In this document: positions 46,044 through 53,201 of the stretch, in pieces | How the letters are laid out: each line of letters opens with the position of its first letter | How positions within the stretch are numbered: position 1 is the stretch's first letter | Source of the DNA: Victivallaceae bacterium | GTDB taxonomy: Bacteria; Verrucomicrobiota; Lentisphaeria; Victivallales; Victivallaceae | Length of the DNA: 64,000 nt | Assembly (NCBI GenBank): GCA_045654745.1 | Contig: JAZONW010000015.1 | Span: 2,250 to 66,249 of the forward strand | Reading direction: 5' to 3' | Position numbers and translations under genes: made by a program | The notes under the pieces: generated by a model | Seen by the model: the letters and a program-made list of their open reading frames with translations, nothing else | Database searches by the model: none | Told to the model about the DNA's origin: nothing

Positions 46044-47861
46044 TTACTTGAAACTGATCAACAACGCTTTGGCGTACAAAGCAGAATACCAGTAATCTTC
46101 CAAAATTTCTTCAAGGTTGTCTTGAGAGTTTTCTATGGACTCTGCAATTTGAAATGCCCGGATCGGTTCAAGAGAGGGGATGGAGGAAACAAAACACTCC
46201 TGCAGATTTTTCAATGCGCTTTCCCGGGCATTTCTGATCAAATACTGGGCAAAATCTGTGCTGATATCTCTGTATTTGCGAACCAGCAAAACCGTACTTT
46301 TGACAAATGCTGACACTTGCAGTTTCAGAGAAACCTGTGTGTGATAGTCCGTCGGATTTGAAGCAATATCATTGTGGTATTTCAAAGCAAAATCACTGAT
46401 TGTCGCTGCCAGATATTCATTTATTTCAATATCTTCCCGGTATTCATCATTGGGGAATTCTGAAAACGCGGCATTTTTTGTTGCCACCTGGGCTGTCTTG
46501 AAAAGGTTTTCCACTTTTGAAGCGGCAGAGTTAGGCTGCTTGTGCGGCAAGGTTCCGGCGATTTCATCGTGAAGTTTGACTTTATCCTTTTGCGAAAAAG
46601 CCGCCAGTTCACCGCTTTGCAGCAGGAATAATTCCAGCAACTTTTCATTTTCAAATTGTTCTTTGGATAAATGCAGATTTTTGATTGATTCGTAATGACT
46701 GTTGAGTGCATGTACAGCTGCCAGTAAATCTGAAACATTTTCCGGGTCTTCCAACTGGGCTGAAATTGGTGAAGGATGCCGGTCGGGGGAGGTGGAAAGA
46801 GTTTCTTGCAATTTATTTTCGTGCTCGTCGAGCAGTCTGTAAACGGCATTGGTGGCAAATTCAAAATTCCGTTTGTGTATTTTTGCCAAAACTTTTTTGG
46901 CATTGCCGAAAAGCGGTACTTGCCACTTTTTGTGTGCCTGTAAGGTTTTCAGAGCGGTTGTAAACATGGCATAGTGTTCTATGATCCGGAAAATAGCGGC
47001 AGGGAATTTGCCTTCTCTGAATAATTTTTCAAAACCGAAATTGATGTTAAACATTGTACAGACAGAGTTGACAGATTCTTCCGGGATTTTTTTCAGGATG
47101 TCAGTGAGCATCGCGAGATATCTGTTATACTCTTTTTTGAATAATTCTTCGGCATCCCGGGAAATTGCGGTTACGGATTTTTCGTTGATGTATTTTTTTT
47201 CCGGGAAAGATTTGTTGTAGATAAAAGCGAATGCTTCTTCGATATTTCCGACGGGAAAAATGGCGATATCAAGTTTTTCTGCCAGATTGATGATATCGAT
47301 AAGTTTTCCGCTGGCATCTTCGATCATTCTGCGGTATCCGGGGACGAATATGCGTTTTTTGCCGGCTTTTGCGGCAGCGATGATTTTTTCGACGATGCCG
47401 CCGACATCACCGATGGTGCCGTCCGGGAAAATGGTTCCGGTCATGGCAAAATCATCGGGCAGTGAAAGTCCGTCGATCGCGGATAAAATGGCGAGACAAC
47501 TTACCGCACCGGCACTTGGGCCATTGATATCGCCCTGAAATTCGACTGAAATTTTCACTCCGTGCAAGGCGTTGTTGCGGAGCATGGCTGCGGTTATAGC
47601 GGCGAGCCACAGATTATCCCGGATCTCTTTGCCGCTGCCGTTTGGAGTGTCATCGGTAACGGCGATACGCAAGGGTTTGTTTTCATTTGTTTTCTGAAAT
47701 TCAAAAGGCAGATAAGTCAATTTGCCGTTGTTTCCGCGGATTGCCAAACAAGGTATATTGTACGAAACAGTATATGTATTGTTGTTTGCACCAACTTGGA
47801 TAGAGGCCGTATCTGCGGTCATATTTTTGCTTTTTTTACCTCGTGCAGGATTGAAGTGCAA
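46044..47861 (-). CDS. Stand-alone Lon (S16) protease domain fused to a roughly 380-aa helical domain of unknown function
   Basis: DINGPSAGAVSCLAILSAI (catalytic Ser) and AMTGTIFPDGTIGDVGGIVEKIIAAAKAGKKRIFVP (catalytic Lys). No AAA+ module and no signal peptide. The track start 47861 is TTG; the first ATG is 47822. Confidence 0.7.
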   Translation of the reverse strand: MHFNPARGKKSKNMTADTASIQVGANNNTYTVSYNIPCLAIRGNNGKLTYLPFEFQKTNENKPLRIAVTDDTPNGSGKEIRDNLWLAAITAAMLRNNALHGVKISVEFQGDINGPSAGAVSCLAILSAIDGLSLPDDFAMTGTIFPDGTIGDVGGIVEKIIAAAKAGKKRIFVPGYRRMIEDASGKLIDIINLAEKLDIAIFPVGNIEEAFAFIYNKSFPEKKYINEKSVTAISRDAEELFKKEYNRYLAMLTDILKKIPEESVNSVCTMFNINFGFEKLFREGKFPAAIFRIIEHYAMFTTALKTLQAHKKWQVPLFGNAKKVLAKIHKRNFEFATNAVYRLLDEHENKLQETLSTSPDRHPSPISAQLEDPENVSDLLAAVHALNSHYESIKNLHLSKEQFENEKLLELFLLQSGELAAFSQKDKVKLHDEIAGTLPHKQPNSAASKVENLFKTAQVATKNAAFSEFPNDEYREDIEINEYLAATISDFALKYHNDIASNPTDYHTQVSLKLQVSAFVKSTVLLVRKYRDISTDFAQYLIRNARESALKNLQECFVSSIPSLEPIRAFQIAESIENSQDNLEEILEDYWYSALYAKALLISFK

Positions 47862-47948
47862 TTTTTACTTGGAATAACCTATCACATAAACCGCTGAAAT
47901 TCAAATAGAAAATCAAAAAAAATTTTACAAACTTCAAAAAAGAAACAT

Positions 47949-48197
47949 TTGCAGAAGATGCGACAGCCTGGACATGCTACTGTTGATATGACTGTCCGCT
48001 ACACGCACGTGGCTCTGGATGCCAAAATCAAAGCTGTTCAAGCTCTTCCTGTATTAGGTGATAATCGCATTCAGAACGATACCTTTGCGGAGGTTATTTG
48101 CAATCTTCCGGCAGAAAAACTTCCACGTCTGGCAACACTTCTGGATGCTTATCTGCCATTAAGTCAAAAAGAAGAACTGTTATTGAAATTGAGATAA
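47949..48197 (+). pseudogene. Tyrosine recombinase (phage integrase) 3' remnant
   Basis: Only the extreme C-terminal catalytic box is present (GHATVDMTVRYTHV, catalytic Tyr), then an unrelated tail. No upstream integrase sequence is present. The track 'start' is TTG. Confidence 0.6.
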
Positions 48198-48214
48198 CTC
48201 AAACTGAAAAATAT

Positions 48215-48243
48215 GGAACTGTCAAGAACAGCTTGACAGTTCC
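48215..48243. terminator. Bidirectional hairpin terminator
   Basis: 12-bp perfect stem GGAACTGTCAAG/CTTGACAGTTCC with a 5-nt loop and T-runs on both strands. It lies between the convergent integrase remnant and the 125-aa gene. Confidence 0.65.
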
Positions 48244-48287
48244 GCAGTGTTTTATAAATTTGTATGATTTAATACGCAACAGCTATT

Positions 48288-48665
48288 TTAAAAATTCCAA
48301 CCGTTTTGTCTGCTCGTTTCCAACGCCTGTTTTGCCATACTTTTTATTGCTTCTTCGGCACAGTATTTCATTATGGCAACAAAGTAAATACTCTGAACGA
48401 TGTTGTTTAATTCATTGCATAATTGCCAGTCAGAAATGTTACCGGACCGTAAAGCATTCATAAAAAATTGATTTGGCAGATAATATTTATCCAGCAGCTT
48501 CAACAATGTATTGATTGCTTTCTGCCGCTCAAAAACCTGCAATACCCCGATAGCTTCCTGCCGGTCATTTTCTATTTCCATTGCCTTACAACAGCCTTCA
48601 AGAAATTTTTGCAATGTTTCCGTTTGCTGCTTTTGTATTTCCCATTGTTCTTCTGAATAATACAT
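48288..48665 (-). CDS. Hypothetical 125-aa helical protein, last gene of the AT-rich cassette
   Basis: Good RBS (AAAGGAAAGGA) before the ATG at 48665, 36 nt downstream of the ATPase stop. No motif recognised. Confidence 0.5.
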   Translation of the reverse strand: MYYSEEQWEIQKQQTETLQKFLEGCCKAMEIENDRQEAIGVLQVFERQKAINTLLKLLDKYYLPNQFFMNALRSGNISDWQLCNELNNIVQSIYFVAIMKYCAEEAIKSMAKQALETSRQNGWNF

Positions 48666-48701
48666 TGTGTCCTTTCCTTTGTATAACTATTCTAACTTCA
48701 G

Positions 48702-50423
48702 TTAAAGCAAAAGTTGATTATCAGCAATAGATGGATATTTTTTGTTTATTTTATCTCTAATTTCTTTTTCTTGTGCCTGTACTAAAGGATTTTTAACTTC
48801 AATAAGAGCTTCTAAAAGACTAATACAAAAATCTCTGCAAATTTGAGAATTCCGTTTACACCATGCTTCAAATAAAGTAGCAGATGAAGGACCGAAATGT
48901 CCATCTCGCTGTTGCTCATCAAACCATTTTTTATAGCGTTTTTTCTTTTCTTGTTCGCTTGTTAACAGAGGATCTGCTTCAATATTGTTGTTATTTGCTA
49001 TGCAAAAGCTTTGTTGAACTCCCATAATGTCCCAAATTTGATCATCATCATTCAAATTAACCAAAAAAAGATTCATTTCTTTTTCAATGAAGTATTGCCC
49101 CGGTAGAGATAAAAGTGTTTTTGATTTTTTGGAAATTAACGATTTTGAATCTGGGTCTAATATATAAATAACTTTTTGAAAATCGGGTATTTTTTTACTG
49201 ACCAGATGGCGAACAATATTCAGTAAAACACCATTTGATAAACATGTTTCAGAATTACGATTTTCTGTATTAAATGTCTTCAAGCAACCATCAAAAATAC
49301 GTCCAACTATTCGCTTGAAAAAATTGCACCCTACAACATCTTCAAACACAATTGATGTTTTCTCTATTTCTCGAATTTTTGCTTTCTTTTGAATGTGTGC
49401 TAAATCAGATGCAACAAAATCATAATCTACATCATTATTTATTTCAACATTTTTACCTTTTTTCTGGAAATAAACACATTTTACGTTTGATTTATGTTTT
49501 TGCAAAGCATCTTCTAATACAGGCAATGAATGCGTTGTTGTAATGATCTGAATATTTAGACTAGTGGAATATTCTACTAATTTTTGAAGTAACAACTTTT
49601 GGGCGACGGGGTGTAATGTTGCATCAAATTCATCTATCAACAATACACCTCCTTGATAATGCTCTTTTAGTTCCTTTTTTAATCTATGGAAAGAAATAAT
49701 TGCACTTATAATCTGTCCCAAATTATCTTGACCAGCAGAGGCACTTTCTGCATCAAAATAAGTAGTTTCAACTGAATGATATGATTGTTTAAAACTTTTT
49801 CCAGTATTCAGGTGTTCCGGCAAAAGTTTTTCATTACCATTGCAAATCATAACAACTCGATAAATATCATTCCAAATACGCTTCTCATCTTCTGGTAAAA
49901 CGTCTTTTCCGATAATATCTTTTTTGGATAGTGTAGATAACGGTCTTAAACGTTCTAAACCTAAATATATTACAGGATGTGGGAAGTTGCCTACTCCGGG
50001 AGACCTGTTGGTACTATTGGTAACCATACGAATACTTTGTTCTCCTCTTTTCTCTGATCTTACGGGTAATTCACTACAACCATCATTTATTACCTCACCT
50101 TTTAACCGCAAGACATAATCAAGGTTTCTCGGCTTATCAAATTTTTGAGAAATACGAAATACTTCAGAAAATTTAGCTTGAAAATTTCGTTCACCAACAG
50201 TTTTATATCTAGAAAGGTCAAAACTGTCGTACACTCTTGTATAAATAGATAACTTCTCTCTTTTTTTAGGGAACCCCAATGGTTGTGCAATCATGCCGAG
50301 TAAAGTTGACTTAGCAGTACCATTCAGCCCAGCTAATAAAGTTACCCGATCTCCTAATTCAATATTTGTTCCTGGGATAAAGCAACGAAAACTGTTAACA
50401 TAAATACTTTGAACTGATATCAT
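48702..50423 (-). CDS. ABC/SMC-type ATPase with C-terminal Toprim-like (OLD-family/DUF4435-like) domain
   Basis: Walker A GLNGTAKST, signature-like SAGQ, Walker B VLLIDEFDATLHP, H-loop TTTHS. The C-terminal part has IVFEDVVG and YILDPD motifs that resemble Toprim Glu and DxD. 573 aa. Confidence 0.55.
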   Translation of the reverse strand: MISVQSIYVNSFRCFIPGTNIELGDRVTLLAGLNGTAKSTLLGMIAQPLGFPKKREKLSIYTRVYDSFDLSRYKTVGERNFQAKFSEVFRISQKFDKPRNLDYVLRLKGEVINDGCSELPVRSEKRGEQSIRMVTNSTNRSPGVGNFPHPVIYLGLERLRPLSTLSKKDIIGKDVLPEDEKRIWNDIYRVVMICNGNEKLLPEHLNTGKSFKQSYHSVETTYFDAESASAGQDNLGQIISAIISFHRLKKELKEHYQGGVLLIDEFDATLHPVAQKLLLQKLVEYSTSLNIQIITTTHSLPVLEDALQKHKSNVKCVYFQKKGKNVEINNDVDYDFVASDLAHIQKKAKIREIEKTSIVFEDVVGCNFFKRIVGRIFDGCLKTFNTENRNSETCLSNGVLLNIVRHLVSKKIPDFQKVIYILDPDSKSLISKKSKTLLSLPGQYFIEKEMNLFLVNLNDDDQIWDIMGVQQSFCIANNNNIEADPLLTSEQEKKKRYKKWFDEQQRDGHFGPSSATLFEAWCKRNSQICRDFCISLLEALIEVKNPLVQAQEKEIRDKINKKYPSIADNQLLL

Positions 50424-51304
50424 TTTTCATCTCCCATCGTATGTTTTTTATGGATTAACAATTCCGAAGCAATTCTTACCTTCTGCATAGTGTATTGAAT
50501 AGGAAATTCTTCAATTATGATTCCTGAAAAATTTTTGTATATATCTTTTATTTCAGAACAATTATCGTAAGTCATTAACCAGGGGCAAAAATCGAAATTA
50601 TTGATATGGTCTGCCAATGCGATGTGATCTTCTGTCGTATAAAAGTTTAAATACAATTTACTGCCATTGTGAAAATACGGAGGATCTAAATATAAAAAAG
50701 TATCTTGAGGAGTTGAGGTTAAAAAAGGCAATGTTTTTAGAAAATCAATTGCATCCATAGATACAAATTTGATATGTTCATGGTTAGACGCAATTGTTTT
50801 AATTTTTTCTATTAAAGAACCTTTTTTAAAGCGTGCATCCAAAGTGTAGTTGCCGTTTTGCAAATATCCACCAATCGGGCCAGCCTTGGGCAAAATGCCA
50901 GAACGGTTACATCTATTTAGAAAAAAAGTTGAAAAGCCAACTAACAATAAATCTTTTTTATTTTTTAAGTTAAATTGCTGAATATTATCATAAATATTCC
51001 TTTGTATTTTCCATTCTTTGATGGATATTGGTGTGTTTTCGATGCATTCAATGAAATCATCTGGCATAGAAAGTATACTTTGCCAGAAAGAAGCGATGTG
51101 AGGGTCAAAATCATTGATAACAATATTTTCTATATGTTTATTAAGAAGCAAGGCAAGTGCGACACCCGCACCTCCTGCGAAAGGTTCACAATATGTTCCG
51201 TGTGATGATATGCCATATTTTTTTAACATTTCGACAAAGAAATTGGCAATGGAAGCTTTGCCACCGGGATACCGAAGTGGACTAAAACTATTTCTGCTTC
51301 CCAT
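50420..51304 (-). CDS. N6-adenine DNA methyltransferase, Dam/D12 class
   Basis: LRYPGGK, EPFAGGAG (motif I) and LYLDPPYF (motif IV). ATGA overlap with the ATPase gene. The ATG at 51304 follows AGAAGG; the track start is TTG. Confidence 0.85.
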   Translation of the reverse strand: MGSRNSFSPLRYPGGKASIANFFVEMLKKYGISSHGTYCEPFAGGAGVALALLLNKHIENIVINDFDPHIASFWQSILSMPDDFIECIENTPISIKEWKIQRNIYDNIQQFNLKNKKDLLLVGFSTFFLNRCNRSGILPKAGPIGGYLQNGNYTLDARFKKGSLIEKIKTIASNHEHIKFVSMDAIDFLKTLPFLTSTPQDTFLYLDPPYFHNGSKLYLNFYTTEDHIALADHINNFDFCPWLMTYDNCSEIKDIYKNFSGIIIEEFPIQYTMQKVRIASELLIHKKHTMGDEK

Positions 51305-51358
51305 AATAATCAATACCTTCTTAATCTTTAATAATTATAGTTTAAGTTTGCCGTTTAA

Positions 51359-51469
51359 TCATGAAACCGGATTCATTGAAATCAGCAAATAACGACCGCG
51401 TTGCGTTTTACCAGAAGCGTCAACGCTTCCCAGTTCTTGAGAACCACATTTTTTCAAAAAGTATTTCAT
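51359..51469 (-). CDS. 36-aa ORF (MKYFLKKCGSQELGSVDASGKTQRGRYLLISMNPVS), possibly an N-terminal remnant of a lost gene
   Basis: Starts 2 nt after the XRE stop. It is below the track cutoff, and its function and reality are uncertain. Confidence 0.2.
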   Translation of the reverse strand: MKYFLKKCGSQELGSVDASGKTQRGRYLLISMNPVS

Positions 51470-51471
51470 AA

Positions 51472-51678
51472 TCAATCCACCTGTTCAATTTCCATAATAT
51501 CAGCAATACCACATTCAAGGGCGGCACATATTTTCAGCAAAACATCAGTCGTAACATTCTCTCCTTTTCCAAGTTTAGCGAGAGTTACTGAACTTATCCC
51601 GGCCAGCTTTCTCAAATCGCCCTTTGTCATTTTTTTATCAATGAGCAATTTCCACAGTTTCCTGTAATCTGTTTTCAT
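51472..51678 (-). CDS. XRE-family HTH regulator (controller-protein-like)
   Basis: MTKGDLRKLAGISSVTLAKLGKGENVTTDVLLKICAALECGIADIMEI is a Cro/C1-type HTH. The ATG at 51678 is preceded by GAGGA. Confidence 0.8.
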   Translation of the reverse strand: MKTDYRKLWKLLIDKKMTKGDLRKLAGISSVTLAKLGKGENVTTDVLLKICAALECGIADIMEIEQVD

Positions 51679-51759
51679 ATTTATGTCCTCAAGGTGCATA
51701 TCAACGTATTACATATCCGAAAGTAATATATCACAGAAAAGAAGAATTTACAAACCCAA

Positions 51760-51819
51760 GATTTGCAAAAACAAATTTTTTTTATACCAGCAAGAAGAAA
51801 AACAATCGATTTGCAAAAA
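51760..51819. repeat. Two direct copies of GATTTGCAAAAA (51760-51771 and 51808-51819)
   Basis: Read directly from the sequence, 48 nt apart, upstream of the XRE gene. Confidence 0.6.
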
Positions 51820-51833
51820 ATTTGAGTTATATA

Positions 51834-51845
51834 TCACTATAGTGA
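51834..51845. promoter_or_regulatory. Perfect 12-bp palindrome TCACTATAGTGA
   Basis: Read directly from the sequence, about 155 nt upstream of the XRE start. A possible operator. Confidence 0.35.
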
Positions 51846-51937
51846 GATAAGCTCACGATCAAATATCAGCCTTGCCGGTTCTTCGGGATCGGCAGGGATT
51901 TTTGTCCATTAACAATCCTTACTTGAAGTTTGGGTTA

Positions 51938-51972
51938 TTGCTTACAATTTTGCTTACATCCTATGTAAGCAA
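51938..51972. repeat. Three copies of the 9-mer TTGCTTACA (two direct, one inverted)
   Basis: 51938-51946, 51950-51958 and the inverted copy 51964-51972 (TGTAAGCAA). They sit at the tRNA-proximal edge of the AT-rich cassette. Confidence 0.6.
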
Positions 51973-52065
51973 ATCGTAAGTAGAGAGTCAAATCATCAAC
52001 CTTAACCAATAGATACCAAAGTTGTCAAGAGCGATGAGATGTAAGCGTAAATCGTTGATTTTGAG

Positions 52066-52097
52066 CAAAAAAAAGGACTTGTCGTTAAACAAGTCCT
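52066..52097 (-). terminator. Rho-independent terminator of tRNA-Met
   Basis: 9-bp stem AGGACTTGT/ACAAGTCCT (52074-52082 and 52089-52097), followed on the minus strand by a T-run of at least 7 nt (A-run 52067-52073 on plus). Confidence 0.7.
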
Positions 52098-52106
52098 GTA
52101 AAGTGC

Positions 52107-52181
52107 TGGTAGCGGGGGCTGGAATCGAACCAACGGCCTTCAGGTTATGAGCCTGACGAGCTACCACTGCTCCACCCCGCA
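52107..52181 (-). tRNA. tRNA-Met (anticodon CAT), initiator-like
   Basis: Hand-folded 75-nt cloverleaf. It is close to E. coli tRNA-fMet (GCGGGGTGGAGCAG...CTCATAA...). There is a position 1:72 mismatch (T.T), encoded CCA, and only two G-C pairs at the base of the anticodon stem. Confidence 0.85.
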
Positions 52182-52194
52182 ATGTCTTTCATAT

Positions 52195-52222
52195 AAAATA
52201 ATCCGCTTTTGGCATTTGTCAA
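52195..52222 (-). promoter_or_regulatory. Candidate promoter of tRNA-Met
   Basis: On the minus strand: TTGACA (52222-52217), 16-nt spacer, TATTTT (52200-52195), about 14 nt before the tRNA 5' end. Confidence 0.45.
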
Positions 52223-52391
52223 GTTTTTTGAAGCAAAAAAATTGATCTTTTTTCAGGTTTTGATCCATTGTATCCAAAGAAATGTATTTGTCCTGCCGCA
52301 CAGCACAAAAACTTCCACCGTTTCCTTGCAATAAATCTTTGAAGTTGTATATTACATCTTGTTCCGCAGATTCACAGACGCAGGAGATAAT

Positions 52392-53201
52392 ATGGTCATC
52401 ATAAATAAACCATGGGAAACCGCATTCCCGCCGCACAAGGTTTTCGGCAACACCTATTTCGCCGGAACGATTCCTGCTTCATCCCATTTGATAGATACCG
52501 GCAACGGACTTGTCGTAATCGATACCGGATATCAGGAAACCCTCTACCTCGTATTGGAATCTATCCGCACTCTCGGTTTTGATCCGCAGGATATAAAGTA
52601 TATCCTCCATTCACACGGTCATATCGACCACGCCGCCGCCACCCGCGCACTTGTCGAACTTACCGGCGCCGAAACTTTTGTCGGGGCAGGGGATGCCGAT
52701 ATGGTTATGGGAAAAAATGACCTCTCCTGGGCCCCTGAATACAATATGGATTTCCCCGGCGCTTTTACTCCGGATCATCTGCTGCACGACGGGGATAAGA
52801 TTTCTCTCGGCAATGTCGAAATCGAATGTGTCGCCACCCCGGGGCATACCGCCGGTACATTTTCTTTCTTTTGGAATGCCGGTGAACTTGACGGTAGAAG
52901 CATCCGTGCCGGGATGATGGGCGGCGCCGGGATCAACAGTATGGAATCGTGGTACATACGCAAATATCATCTGGAAAAATACAATTTGCGTGAAGCTTTT
53001 GCCGGCAGTATAGAGCGCTGCCGCCGGGAAAAAGTTGACGTCGTGATCGGCAATCATGTCGGCCACAACAAAATGCAGCAAAAATATCCTCTGCTTGCCG
53101 CCGGAAATGAAAACATTTTTGTCGAACCGTCAAGATGGAATGCCATGCTGGATGAGTTCGCCGCCAGTCTGGAAAAACTGAATATCTCCGACCCACTCTG
53201 A
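52392..53201 (+). CDS. MBL-fold metallo-hydrolase, subclass-B3-like motif set, no signal peptide
   Basis: HSHGHIDH (HxHxDH) and ATPGHTAGT (GHT.G). The N-terminal pattern VFGNTYFAGT...SHLIDTGNGLVVIDTG is like B3 enzymes. The ATG at 52392 follows AGGAGA; the track start is TTG. Confidence 0.65.
   Translation: MVIINKPWETAFPPHKVFGNTYFAGTIPASSHLIDTGNGLVVIDTGYQETLYLVLESIRTLGFDPQDIKYILHSHGHIDHAAATRALVELTGAETFVGAGDADMVMGKNDLSWAPEYNMDFPGAFTPDHLLHDGDKISLGNVEIECVATPGHTAGTFSFFWNAGELDGRSIRAGMMGGAGINSMESWYIRKYHLEKYNLREAFAGSIERCRREKVDVVIGNHVGHNKMQQKYPLLAAGNENIFVEPSRWNAMLDEFAASLEKLNISDPL

Larger units (their letters stand above)
47862..52065. mobile_element. Degraded integrative island remnant next to tRNA-Met
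   Basis: Integrase 3' remnant at one end and tRNA-Met at the other. One sampled line (48961-49020) has 20/60 G+C, against 31/60 in fabH (6601-6660). Cargo is an R-M-like cassette. No att direct repeat was found by eye. Confidence 0.5.

Noticed and set aside
52066-52181. Classical tRNA-3'-end integration (att duplication) for the island
   Set aside because: tRNA-Met retains its own terminator, and I found no second copy of its 3' segment in 40-52 kb by eye. This needs a computational repeat search to settle.
51988-52436. ORFs 51988-52182 and 52161-52436 (minus strand)
   Set aside because: Both run through tRNA-Met. The peptide ...AHNLKAVGSIPAPATS is simply the translated tRNA.
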